Notes under the pieces: generated by a model
The model's database searches: none
Told to the model about the DNA's origin: nothing
Seen by the model: the letters and a program-made list of their open reading frames with translations, nothing else
Source of the DNA: a virus
DNA: 64,000 bases
Virus record (IMG/VR): IMGVR_UViG_3300043446_002688
Direction: 5' to 3' (one strand)
Position numbers and translations under genes: made by a program
Shown: in pieces, positions 10,473-21,197 of the stretch
How positions within the stretch are numbered: the stretch's first letter is position 1
Layout: each line of letters starts with the position of its first letter

Positions 10473-13136
10473 ATGGCATTAAGTTTTCCAGTATCACCGT
10501 CACTAAACCAAACATACACGGTAGGTTCAAAAACATGGACATGGAATGGTTCTGCATGGTCTTTACTTGCAGTAACAGGAACATCATCAGATAGTACCGC
10601 AAGACAATCAGCATCAGATGCGGCAAACACAGCTGCAGCTGCATTTACTCAAGCCAATACCGCAGTTTCTAATGCTGCAGGTGCATCACTATATGCTAAC
10701 GCAGCTTTCTTGGCAGCTAACGCCGCAGGTTCTTCTGCAACAGTTACAGCTGCATTTTTACAAGCCAATGCAGCATTCAATCAGGCCAATACATCAATCT
10801 CCAATGATATTGGTAATGGCCTTTATGCCAACGGTGCCTTCATACAAGCAAATGCTGCATATACATTAGCCAACTCAACATCTTTGCGTACAGATGCTGC
10901 GTTCATTCAGGCCAACTCAGCATTTACTGCCGCAAATATTGGTAAAACATTTGTACAATCAGGTGGTACAATCACTGGTACTGTTACAATTTCACAAAAC
11001 TTAAACGTAACTGGTAACCTTACCATTGGTGGTAACTCTACAACCATTTCTTCAAATAATTTATCATTAACAGATTCTTTATTGTATCTTGCAGACGGAA
11101 ATTCTGGCAATACTATTGATATTGGTTTGGTTGGTGCATTTACACAAGGTAGATATCAACATACCGGTGTTGTTCGTGACCACCTAGACGGCCGTTGGAA
11201 GTTTTTCAGTAATGTTGTTGCAGAACCAGTAACAACAGTAGATTTTGCAAACGCACAATATGATATTATTAAATCTGGTGGTCTTGAAACCGTAGGTTCA
11301 ATAAACATTGGTACCGTGGCCTTCGTTGGTTCAAATACAGGCAGTGCATTAGGTGGTGCAACTAACCCAATCATCGGTTCTTTGGGCAGTTCATCAGGTT
11401 ATATTCAATCTTATATCTACAACACAGCCAACGGCACATCATCTTCTGCCGACTTAGTGGCATATCCAAACAATGGTGCTGACACCAGTGGTTGGATTGA
11501 TATGGGTATCACATCCAATAACTTCACAGATGCAACCTATAATGTAACTGGTCGTAATGAAGGTTATGTATTCATGTCAGCACCAAGTGGTGCACAAACA
11601 TCCGGTAACTTAATTCTAGCAACAGATTCTACTGGTGTACACAATGCGGTTGAAGTATATGTTGGTGGTTTTGCACAAGGTAAAACTAACCCAGCATTGT
11701 TGATTAATAACACAACATTTAAGACAACAAAACCAATTGTTTTTGTAGATAACACATTACAAAATACTGCTGCGGCACCATATACATTTACAAATGCCAG
11801 TTTCACCACAGCCAATACTGCATTAACAACAGCAACTTCAGCTGGTGTGTATGCTAACGGTGCTTTTATTCAGGCAAATACAGCCACAACCAACGCCGCA
11901 ACGGCAAATACTAATGCTGCAACAGCAGATAGTAAAGCTGTTACAGCTGGAAATTATGCTAACTCTGCATACTCTCAGGCAAATACAGCAACCACTAATG
12001 CTGCAACTGCGGATAGTAAAGCGGTAACTGCTGGTTCATATGCTAATGGTGCCTTTATTCAGGCAAATACTGCAACCACTAATGCTGCGACTGCTGATGG
12101 TAAGGCAGTAACTGCTGGTTCATATGCTAATAGTGCTTATGTACAAGCCAATACTGCAACCACTAATGCATCAACGGCAGATAGTAAAGCGGTAACTGCT
12201 GGATCATATGCCAACTCGGCATATCTACAAGCAAACACAGCCACAACCAATGCAGCAACAGCCGATTCTAAGGCAGTATCAGCGGGTTCATATGCTAACT
12301 CAGCATTTGGTGTTGCTAATACTGCCACAAATAATGCCGCTGGTGCATCATTGTATGCCAATGGTGCATTTACGCAAGCCAATACTGGTGTAACAAACGC
12401 AGCAACGGCAGATAGTAAAGCGGTAACTGCTGGTTCTTATGCCAACTCTGCCTATCTCCAAGCAAATACCGCTACAAGTAATGCATCCGTTGCAGATGGC
12501 AAAGCAGTAATAGCAGGTCAATATGCTAACTCGGCATTTACTGTTGCGAATAATGCCTTCACAAATGCAGAAGCAGCAAGTTCTTATGCTAACTCAGCAT
12601 TCTTGGCCGCCAACAACGCAGGATCTTCAACGACAGTTGTTGCCGCTTTCTTACAAGCAAACGCAGCATTCATACAGGCTAATGCCGCTTATGCACAAGC
12701 AAATACAGGCGGTTCAGGTACAGATTCTTGGGCAAGAACACAGGCCAATGCGGCCTTCATACAAGCAAATGCTGCATTTGCACAGGCAAACACCGGCGGC
12801 GGTATAAGTGGTGGCAATTCAACATTTGTAACTAGAAATTATACTGCTGATGGTACAACAACTAATTACACTGTAACAGCAAATACGAATGTCAATAATG
12901 TTATTGTCACCGAAAATGGTGTTGTTCAGACACCAACAACAGACTATACGATTTCAGGAACAACATTATCGTTTGTTGGAGGAGCACCTGTTAGTGGTGT
13001 AAAAATTCAAATTAGAGAGATTGGTGCTTCAGAGGATAGCTTTGCAAGAACACAAGCCAACTCAGCATATGCAAAAGCAAACACTGGAACAACATTAGGT
13101 AAAGCTATTGCCATGACAATAGTATTCGGAGGATAA
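10473..13136 (+). CDS. Tail-fibre-like protein with Ala/Asn repeats
   Basis: MALSFPVSPSLNQTY..W.WNG N-terminus, shared fibre modules and a GKAIAMTIVFGG C-terminus. Confidence 0.7.
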   Translation: MALSFPVSPSLNQTYTVGSKTWTWNGSAWSLLAVTGTSSDSTARQSASDAANTAAAAFTQANTAVSNAAGASLYANAAFLAANAAGSSATVTAAFLQANAAFNQANTSISNDIGNGLYANGAFIQANAAYTLANSTSLRTDAAFIQANSAFTAANIGKTFVQSGGTITGTVTISQNLNVTGNLTIGGNSTTISSNNLSLTDSLLYLADGNSGNTIDIGLVGAFTQGRYQHTGVVRDHLDGRWKFFSNVVAEPVTTVDFANAQYDIIKSGGLETVGSINIGTVAFVGSNTGSALGGATNPIIGSLGSSSGYIQSYIYNTANGTSSSADLVAYPNNGADTSGWIDMGITSNNFTDATYNVTGRNEGYVFMSAPSGAQTSGNLILATDSTGVHNAVEVYVGGFAQGKTNPALLINNTTFKTTKPIVFVDNTLQNTAAAPYTFTNASFTTANTALTTATSAGVYANGAFIQANTATTNAATANTNAATADSKAVTAGNYANSAYSQANTATTNAATADSKAVTAGSYANGAFIQANTATTNAATADGKAVTAGSYANSAYVQANTATTNASTADSKAVTAGSYANSAYLQANTATTNAATADSKAVSAGSYANSAFGVANTATNNAAGASLYANGAFTQANTGVTNAATADSKAVTAGSYANSAYLQANTATSNASVADGKAVIAGQYANSAFTVANNAFTNAEAASSYANSAFLAANNAGSSTTVVAAFLQANAAFIQANAAYAQANTGGSGTDSWARTQANAAFIQANAAFAQANTGGGISGGNSTFVTRNYTADGTTTNYTVTANTNVNNVIVTENGVVQTPTTDYTISGTTLSFVGGAPVSGVKIQIREIGASEDSFARTQANSAYAKANTGTTLGKAIAMTIVFGG
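11830..12560 (+). repeat. 84-bp (28-codon) tandem repeats in a second fibre gene
   Basis: Repeated ANTATTNAATADxKAVTAGSYANSAY units. Confidence 0.8.
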
Positions 13137-13140
13137 TTAA

Positions 13141-13503
13141 ATGGCTCAAATGAACGTAGTAAATGTATCTACAATTTATGGCAATACAAACGGTATGGTC
13201 GTTTCGACTGTGCCCACATCAATAGTTACAAATCCCGCAAACAGCAATTCGGTTTACAAGATAAATAGTCTTGTGGTATCCAATATCTCTGGTACAGGTG
13301 CAGCGAGTGTTACTGTTGATGTGTATAAAAATCAATCAACAGCCTATCGTTTATCGTATCAAGTATCGGTTGCCGCAAATACATCATTCACACCGATTGA
13401 TAAAGGTCTGATTATGTATTTACAAGAAAACGATTCAATTAGATTGACTGCAAGTGCAAATAGTTTCTTGGAGGCAGTCTGTTCATACGAGGCTATTAGT
13501 TAA
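13141..13503 (+). CDS. Small putative virion protein
   Basis: 120-aa beta-rich ORF translationally coupled to fibre genes on both sides. Confidence 0.55.
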   Translation: MAQMNVVNVSTIYGNTNGMVVSTVPTSIVTNPANSNSVYKINSLVVSNISGTGAASVTVDVYKNQSTAYRLSYQVSVAANTSFTPIDKGLIMYLQENDSIRLTASANSFLEAVCSYEAIS

Positions 13504-16500
13504 TGTACAATTCTGGTCGCAGAGGTAAAAGAGCAAATGATGGATATGGTATACTTTCTCAGGCTGATAGATTTAATCAGACAGAATATCCAATACCAAT
13601 CGTCACTTCGTTTGCCGTAACAGATGGTTCATATGTACCACTAGATGATACCGCAGCATCTACTGCTGGCGGACAAACTATCGTTGTATATGGATCCGGT
13701 TTTGCACCAGGAGCCACCATTATGGTCGGTGGAACCACAATAAGTTCTGTAACATACTTAGACCAGGGTAGATTAACCTTTACTTCTCCTGCAAATACAT
13801 CTGGTAGTTATACTATTATTGTTATAAACGCAAATGGTGGTACCGGTATTTTGGTACCAGGACTTGTATATTCTGGCGTACCAACATGGTCAACATCGGC
13901 GGGTTCTGTTGGTTCAGTATATGAAAGAACAAGTGTAAGTTCAACTTTTGTGGCCACAGGTGATGCACCTGTAACATATAGTATTTTGTCTGGTAGTCTG
14001 CCACCAGGAACAACATTGTCTACAACAGGCGTGTTGTCTGGTTCTGCTCCAGCAGAATCTGGTTCTACAACATACTCATTTACTATTCGTGCAACTGACG
14101 GACAATTACAAGATTCAGACCGTTCATTCAGTCTGACAATCAACACAGATGTGGTTTCTTGGTCTAGTCCAACAAACAACCAAGTCATATCTAGTTATGA
14201 ATATACACCAATTTCAAATGTAACCGCCTCAGCAACATCTGCAGCTGGTTATGGTGTGGTCTATTCCGCAAACGCAGTACCAACTGGCATCAATTTAAAT
14301 GCGTCAAGTGGTGTAATTTCCGGTACAGTAAATACTGTTGGTAATACATACACAAGACTAACAGCAACTGCAAACACAACAACAAGAACTGCAATCCGTG
14401 ATGTAGTATTCAATATTAACTCCGATGTGGTTACATGGAATACACCTGCAAACAATTATGTAATTAGTGCATATGAGTATTCTGCCATTTCTAATGTTAC
14501 CGCAAATGCAACCAGTGCTGCTGGATTTGGTGTACTTTATTCAGCGAACACAACACCAACCGGTATCACATTAGATGCAAACACTGGTTTAATTTCTGGT
14601 ACACCAACAACAGTTGGCAATACATATGCATTATTGACTGCAACAGCCAATACAACAACTCGTTCAAATACAAGAAACATTATTTATAATGTTAATCAAG
14701 ATTTAGTGACATGGAGTTCACCAGCTGACCAAACTGCATATTCGTTACAAGGTGGTTCTCCAATAGCTAACGTAACATTAAGTGCAACTAGTGCAGCAGG
14801 CAGAACAATCACATACACAGCCAATGCTTTACCTTCAGGTTTGGCAATTAGTGGTAGTGTTATTTACGGAACTCCAGATACAGCACAGACAGTTACAACA
14901 CTATTGACTGCAACAGCAAATACAACTAATAGAACTGCAACAAGAACAATCAGTTGGACAATTAATTTGGGTGATACTTATTGGAAGTACACATCATTAT
15001 TATTGAGTGCCAATACACCAACTCCAACATTTATTAATGATGCAAGTTTGAATAATGCTCAATTGACTATTGTTGGAGATACTAGACCAAGTAATTTTGA
15101 TCCATATATGGGTGGTTATTATAGTAATTACTTTGATGGTACTGGTGATTACTTATCATTTACACCAAATAGTTCACTAGCTATTGGTTCAAATGCATTT
15201 ACATTTGAAGCGTGGGTATATCCTACTTCCAGCGCTACTGCTGGTATATGGGGAAACGGCAATGGTGCAAGTGCTAACCCATATGTTTACCTTAATTCAT
15301 TAGTGCCATCACTTTTCTTTTTGAATGTTGGAATAGCTGTCGGACCTGCATTAACATTGAATAGATGGAATCATGTAGCAGTAGTTAGAAGTTCCGGAAC
15401 AATTAAAATTTATACAAACGGTGTTTCTGGTACAGGGGTATCGGACGCAAACGTACTCATTTCCGCAGGACCAATGACAATCGGTGGCGCTAGTGATGGC
15501 ACACAAGTTTTATCTGGTTATATTTCCAATCTTCGTTTACTTAATGGTACTGCATTATATACAACCAACTTCACACCACCAACAGCACCATTAACAGCAG
15601 TAGCAAATACTGTTTTATTAACCTGTCAATCAAACAGATTAATTGATAATTCAAATAACAACTTTGCAATCACAAAGAACGGCGATACAACCGTAAGTTC
15701 AGCACATCCATTCATCACACCAACTACGGTGGCATACAATACACAGTATAGTACATACTTCACCGGCAATACAAATGATTCTGTATCCATTGCATCGGCT
15801 GGTACACCTTTGAATTTGGATGGAGATTTTACTGTGGAGTTTTGGATACTGAAAACCGCATATAGTACTAACGGATACACACAATACCTGAACACAGGAT
15901 GGAATTCTCAAGCCTTCAAATCACAAAACACCGGAGCATTATATTTCTACAACGGAACCAGTTATTCCTATACCGGCGCAGTAGTGCCTTTGGGTACATG
16001 GACACACATTGCTTGGGTGAGATCCGGCACATCATCTAGGGTGTATGTGAATGGGACAGGATCCACTACACTAACTACACTCACTGCAACTATTACTTGG
16101 GGAACAGGTACATTTAGAGTAGGATCCGATGCTGGTGTAGGTGTAGGTGAAACTTTGATTGGGAATATATCTAATTTGCGTATTATAAAAGGTACTGCGA
16201 TATACGACTTAACACAATCTACTATCACCGTTCCGACAGCAAAATTGACAGCGATATCAGGTACAAGTCTTCTAACTTGCCAGGATGCGACACTAAAGGA
16301 CAATTCGACAAATGCTTTAACCATCACAAGTTCAGGCAATGCACAACCAATCACAGTAAGCCCATTCACCATGACAACTAGTAACACAACAGTAACTAGT
16401 TTAGGTTCAGCATATTTTGATGGCACCGGGGATTACTTAACATTACCTAGTAATGCAGCATTTGCATTTGGTACTGGTAATTTTACAGTTGAGCTTTGGG

Positions 16501-19500
16501 CAAATTTTTCAAACGCTAGCGCATCTGGTTTATATTTCATAGATGCAAGAAATTCAGGAGCCACAGGCACATGGGCCTTCTTTAGAAATTCTTCTAATAA
16601 TCTTGTATGGTATACTGGTTCTGCTGACGGCGCAACTGCTTCATTGGCAACAATAAACACTTGGGTCCATCTTGCTTATACAAGACAAAACACCACCGGT
16701 AGGTTGTTTATTAACGGAGTACTGTCTGCCACTACAACCGATAGTACAAATTATTCAATCTCACCTAGTATTTCTTATATTGGCTCTAGATACTCGGTTG
16801 TAGAATTAATACAGGGATATATTTCTGATTTACGAGTGGTTAAAGGTACTGCACTATACACTGCTAACTTTTTACCACCACAGACACCATTAACAGCAGT
16901 TGCAAACACACAGTTGTTAACTTGTCAATATAATGGCGGTGCAACAAACAATGGATTTTTGGACCAATCTAGTTTCAACCTTCCAATCACAAGAAATGGT
17001 AATACAACACAAGGCACATTTAGTCCGTATAGTCAAACTGGTTGGAGTAATTACTTTGATGGTACTGGAGATTATTGGACCATTCCAGATAACACTGCTC
17101 TGCAAATGGGTACAGGTGACTTTACTCTAGAGTTTTGGTATTACTTCAATTCGTTGGCAAGTTATCAAACATTGTATAGTAAAGGATACACTCTGGCCGG
17201 AGGTATTGTTGTACAAACAGGTAACGGTACAGGTAGATTGATTGTATATGCATCTGGTTCTGCGGTGATAACCGAAACGGGAACAGGCACGGTTGGTGTA
17301 TGGTACCATTATGCTTTGGTAAGAAGTGGTACAACACTAACATTGTATAGAGATGGTGTATCAACTGGAACCGCAACAAACTCAACAAACTTTAACAACA
17401 CTGGTTTAGTATATGCCGGTGATACTACTTATCCAATGAACGGATATATGAGTAATCTTAGATTGGTTAAAGGTCAGGCAGTTTACACAGGAGCTTTCAC
17501 GCCACCAACAACACCGTTAACAGCAACAGCAAATACACAGTTGTTAACATGTCAATCAAATAGATTAGTTGACAACTCACTCAATAATTTTACAATTACT
17601 AAGGTTGGCGATACAACAGTACAATCATTTAGTCCATTCGGTGGCGTAACAAGTGTGCCAGCAAGTTATAGTTTATACTATGACTATTTGACAATTCCTG
17701 ATAATACAGCATTTACTTTCGGTTCAAGTGACTTTACAATAGAAAGTTGGGCGTATGCTACAGCCAGAACTGCATCATATATTATTTTTGCTCAAACAGA
17801 TAATTCCACAGCGGCTGGTTCTTCTGTTATTTTATATGTCACCTCAAATGCATTAAATGCATTGGTATATTATGGAGGTACAAGTTACTATTCTCTTGTT
17901 GATCCAACTTATTTCCCATTAAATGCCTGGACACACGTAGCATTGGTAAGAAAAACAACCACATTATCACTATATGTAAACGGTACAAGAGTTGCAACAA
18001 CTTCAGCAGGAACAAGTGTAGTTAATGATTCTTCAGCTACTGTTAGCATTTATGCAAGAAACACACAAGGAGATATGTTTAGTGGTTACCTATCAAACTT
18101 GCGAGTGGTTAAAGGTACTGCTGTATATGATGCAACACAAACATCATTTACAGTACCCACTTCACCATTAACAGCAGTGGCAAATACAAGTTTGTTGACC
18201 TTGGTAACAAATAAATTTGTTGATATTGGTCCAAACAATTTGACAATAACTCCTGGTGTTCCAAAAATAACTTCATTTAACCCATTTGGTTTGACAAATA
18301 CAACACAAGTATCATATTCACCAAGTGTGAATGGTGGCAGTATGTATTTTGATGGTAGTGGTGATTACTTAACAATTCCATCTACTAATCTAGTAGCACT
18401 GACCGCAGATTTTACTATTGAACTGTGGTTATATTTAACTGCAACTGCTGGAACAAGTTCTGGAATGATTATACATAATAGTCCAGCAAGTGCTGGTACT
18501 TACTGGGCATTATTTGTTAACGCAGCATCAAGTATTGCTTGGTTGAAACCTGATGGAAATTTTCAGGCACTTTCAAGTGTGTTATTAAATCAATGGATTC
18601 ACCTTGCAGTAACTCGTTCCGGAACAACAATATATTATTTCCTTAATGGTACATTGGTTACTAGTTCTACTGTAACAACAGCAAACTTCAGCACACAAAA
18701 TACAGTTTATATCGGTGGTGGACCTGCTAGTTATTTCGCATCTGCAACATCAATAACTGGTTATATCAGTGATGCACGAATTACTAAATCCGCATTGTAT
18801 ACATCAAACTTCTATCCACCAACCACACCACTAACACCAACAACTACAATTGGTGCAAACACATATCTCTCAAATCTATTAGTGAGTGGAACAAGTGGTG
18901 GTATCATTGACTATCACAGTACTAACAACTTAGAAACAGTTGGTGATGTAAAATTGGCCAGTGAGGATCCATACAGTGGTAGTTATTATAGTAACTATTT
19001 TGATGGAACAGGTGATTATTTAAGTATTGCAGATAACACTGCTTTTACTCTTGGATCAGGTGACTTTACTATTGAATATTGGATTAATGTACCATCACTT
19101 CCATCAATTGCTGGTTACATCTATGGTCAATGTGATGCATCAGCAACCACAGCCAGTCGCAATGTGTATGATACAGTTGCCTCAGATGGAACTATACAAA
19201 CACAAATTTATTTCAATGGAAGTTCTACTTTATCTATCACAAGCGTTTCAACCTTAACTACTGGAAGATGGAGTCATATTGCTGTGGTCAGAAATGGAAC
19301 CACAATACGACAGTACTTTAACGGTGTTCAGCAAGGTACAGCAAATATTTCTACAAACTCATTAAATGACTCATCTAGTAATTTTGCTATAGGAAGATTA
19401 GGAGACTATACATCCAATTCGTTACTTGGGTCTGTTTCTAATTTTAGAATAATAAAGGGTACATGTTTATATCCTAACGGAACAGCATTCACGCCAAGTA

Positions 19501-20153
19501 CTACACCACTAACCGCAGTATCAAGTACAAGTTTGTTAACCTGTCAATCAAATAGTTTCAAAGATAATAGTACTAATAATTTTACTATTACTAGAAATGG
19601 AGATACAAAAGTTCAATCAAGAAACCCATTCCAACAAAACACTGGAAAGAGTATCTACTTTGATGGTACCGGTGATTATTTAACTATACCAGTTTCACCT
19701 AATATGACTTTTGGGTCATCAGACTTCACTTTTGAAACTTGGGTATATCCAACAGATGTATCCTCGTTGCAATCAATATTATACTTAAATGCAAACACAT
19801 CAGGTTATGCTGCACTTGCTTTACAAATACAAAGTGGTGCTCTGAACTTATGGATGTCCTCAACCGGATCTGCTTGGTCATTGCAACAAGGTTCAATAGG
19901 CACAATAGTTGCTGGTGTCTGGACACATATTGCTGTTACTAAGAGTGGTACCACCATGAAAGTGTATATCAACGGAACTCAAGCTGGTACCAACTACACT
20001 GTGGCACAATCACTGATGACAACATATACACTGAATCAAATCGGAGTTTATAACACATCATCATATTTATTAACTGGATATCTAAAAGACCTAAGAATCA
20101 CTAGAGGTGTTAGAACAATTTCGGTGCCTACATCACCGTTGGAAATTAAATAA
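13503..20153 (+). CDS. 2216-aa virion protein: IPT/TIG and He_PIG Ig-like domains followed by multiple LamG/concanavalin-A-like domains
   Basis: GGQTIVVYGSGF (TIG); GSLPPGTTLSTTGVLSG (He_PIG); repeated YFDGTGDYL...FTxExW...WxHxAxVR...GYISNLRxxKGTAxY (LamG). Confidence 0.8.
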   Translation: MYNSGRRGKRANDGYGILSQADRFNQTEYPIPIVTSFAVTDGSYVPLDDTAASTAGGQTIVVYGSGFAPGATIMVGGTTISSVTYLDQGRLTFTSPANTSGSYTIIVINANGGTGILVPGLVYSGVPTWSTSAGSVGSVYERTSVSSTFVATGDAPVTYSILSGSLPPGTTLSTTGVLSGSAPAESGSTTYSFTIRATDGQLQDSDRSFSLTINTDVVSWSSPTNNQVISSYEYTPISNVTASATSAAGYGVVYSANAVPTGINLNASSGVISGTVNTVGNTYTRLTATANTTTRTAIRDVVFNINSDVVTWNTPANNYVISAYEYSAISNVTANATSAAGFGVLYSANTTPTGITLDANTGLISGTPTTVGNTYALLTATANTTTRSNTRNIIYNVNQDLVTWSSPADQTAYSLQGGSPIANVTLSATSAAGRTITYTANALPSGLAISGSVIYGTPDTAQTVTTLLTATANTTNRTATRTISWTINLGDTYWKYTSLLLSANTPTPTFINDASLNNAQLTIVGDTRPSNFDPYMGGYYSNYFDGTGDYLSFTPNSSLAIGSNAFTFEAWVYPTSSATAGIWGNGNGASANPYVYLNSLVPSLFFLNVGIAVGPALTLNRWNHVAVVRSSGTIKIYTNGVSGTGVSDANVLISAGPMTIGGASDGTQVLSGYISNLRLLNGTALYTTNFTPPTAPLTAVANTVLLTCQSNRLIDNSNNNFAITKNGDTTVSSAHPFITPTTVAYNTQYSTYFTGNTNDSVSIASAGTPLNLDGDFTVEFWILKTAYSTNGYTQYLNTGWNSQAFKSQNTGALYFYNGTSYSYTGAVVPLGTWTHIAWVRSGTSSRVYVNGTGSTTLTTLTATITWGTGTFRVGSDAGVGVGETLIGNISNLRIIKGTAIYDLTQSTITVPTAKLTAISGTSLLTCQDATLKDNSTNALTITSSGNAQPITVSPFTMTTSNTTVTSLGSAYFDGTGDYLTLPSNAAFAFGTGNFTVELWANFSNASASGLYFIDARNSGATGTWAFFRNSSNNLVWYTGSADGATASLATINTWVHLAYTRQNTTGRLFINGVLSATTTDSTNYSISPSISYIGSRYSVVELIQGYISDLRVVKGTALYTANFLPPQTPLTAVANTQLLTCQYNGGATNNGFLDQSSFNLPITRNGNTTQGTFSPYSQTGWSNYFDGTGDYWTIPDNTALQMGTGDFTLEFWYYFNSLASYQTLYSKGYTLAGGIVVQTGNGTGRLIVYASGSAVITETGTGTVGVWYHYALVRSGTTLTLYRDGVSTGTATNSTNFNNTGLVYAGDTTYPMNGYMSNLRLVKGQAVYTGAFTPPTTPLTATANTQLLTCQSNRLVDNSLNNFTITKVGDTTVQSFSPFGGVTSVPASYSLYYDYLTIPDNTAFTFGSSDFTIESWAYATARTASYIIFAQTDNSTAAGSSVILYVTSNALNALVYYGGTSYYSLVDPTYFPLNAWTHVALVRKTTTLSLYVNGTRVATTSAGTSVVNDSSATVSIYARNTQGDMFSGYLSNLRVVKGTAVYDATQTSFTVPTSPLTAVANTSLLTLVTNKFVDIGPNNLTITPGVPKITSFNPFGLTNTTQVSYSPSVNGGSMYFDGSGDYLTIPSTNLVALTADFTIELWLYLTATAGTSSGMIIHNSPASAGTYWALFVNAASSIAWLKPDGNFQALSSVLLNQWIHLAVTRSGTTIYYFLNGTLVTSSTVTTANFSTQNTVYIGGGPASYFASATSITGYISDARITKSALYTSNFYPPTTPLTPTTTIGANTYLSNLLVSGTSGGIIDYHSTNNLETVGDVKLASEDPYSGSYYSNYFDGTGDYLSIADNTAFTLGSGDFTIEYWINVPSLPSIAGYIYGQCDASATTASRNVYDTVASDGTIQTQIYFNGSSTLSITSVSTLTTGRWSHIAVVRNGTTIRQYFNGVQQGTANISTNSLNDSSSNFAIGRLGDYTSNSLLGSVSNFRIIKGTCLYPNGTAFTPSTTPLTAVSSTSLLTCQSNSFKDNSTNNFTITRNGDTKVQSRNPFQQNTGKSIYFDGTGDYLTIPVSPNMTFGSSDFTFETWVYPTDVSSLQSILYLNANTSGYAALALQIQSGALNLWMSSTGSAWSLQQGSIGTIVAGVWTHIAVTKSGTTMKVYINGTQAGTNYTVAQSLMTTYTLNQIGVYNTSSYLLTGYLKDLRITRGVRTISVPTSPLEIK

Positions 20154-20171
20154 ATAATATAAAAAAGTAAA

Positions 20172-21197
20172 ATGACAACAAAAATACAACCAGCAAACAT
20201 TGACCAAACACTGGACTACTCAGTTGACCAATTGTCGGCCAATACGGTCGTGGTTTCTGGTGTTGATGTATTGAGTTATGCACAGTCAGCATTTTTACAG
20301 GCAAATTCCTCTTTTGTTCAAGCAAATTCAGCATACACTCAGGCAAACACAGCAACTACCAACGCAGCAACTGCTGATTCTAAGGCTGTTAGTGCTGGTT
20401 CTTATGCAAATGCTGCATTTGTTCAGGCGAACACCGACTACACAACATTATCAACAATAAATGGTGTATATGGCGGTTCATCAAATATTCCAGTTATCAC
20501 TTTGGCCGCAAACGGACGTGTTTCTTCAATCACAAACACATCCATTTCCATTCCTGCTGGAACATCCGTATACGGCAACACAGGTCAAATCACCGCAAAC
20601 GTGTCAACAGGCACTGTTGCTCTAGGTCTTGCTACAACAGCAGTAACTCCTGGTGTTTATGGTGGCACATCAAATACTGTTACAATAACAGTAGACGCAT
20701 ATGGTAGAGTCACTGCATTATCAAATAATGCCATTAGTGGTGGTGGTGGAGGTGGTGCAACACTATCGGCGGTTGCTGCAGCAACCACATATTATATCGG
20801 ACTATCAGCAAGTTCTTCCGGCACTTGGACAGATGCAAGAGTTGATACATCCAACTTATATTACAGTTCTGCAACAAGCACATTATATTCCACAAACTTT
20901 AATACCAGTTCAGATGAGAACCTAAAGTCATCTATTGAAACTATACTAAATGCATTAGAAACTGTTAATCTATTAAGAGGTGTTAGTTTCCTTTGGAAGA
21001 GTAATGGATTAAAATCGTATGGTGTGATTGCTCAGGAATTAGAAAAGATTATTCCTGATTTAGTTACGACAGATGCCAACGGTAGAAAGACTGTTAACTA
21101 TAATGCTTTGATTGGTTTTTTAATTGAAGCCATCAAAACACAATCAACACAAATACAAAGTCTAGAAGAAAGAATCACCAGGCTGGAGGAAAAATAA
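20172..21197 (+). CDS. Tail fibre protein with C-terminal peptidase S74 intramolecular chaperone domain
   Basis: SDENLKSSI...GVIAQELEKIIPDLV...VNYNALIGFLIEAIK followed by a coiled coil. Confidence 0.85.
   Translation: MTTKIQPANIDQTLDYSVDQLSANTVVVSGVDVLSYAQSAFLQANSSFVQANSAYTQANTATTNAATADSKAVSAGSYANAAFVQANTDYTTLSTINGVYGGSSNIPVITLAANGRVSSITNTSISIPAGTSVYGNTGQITANVSTGTVALGLATTAVTPGVYGGTSNTVTITVDAYGRVTALSNNAISGGGGGGATLSAVAAATTYYIGLSASSSGTWTDARVDTSNLYYSSATSTLYSTNFNTSSDENLKSSIETILNALETVNLLRGVSFLWKSNGLKSYGVIAQELEKIIPDLVTTDANGRKTVNYNALIGFLIEAIKTQSTQIQSLEERITRLEEK

Noticed and set aside
1-21197. Enrichment of N-x-S/T glycosylation sequons in fibre proteins
   Set aside because: Expected from the very high Asn/Thr/Ser content; cannot be distinguished from chance without computation.
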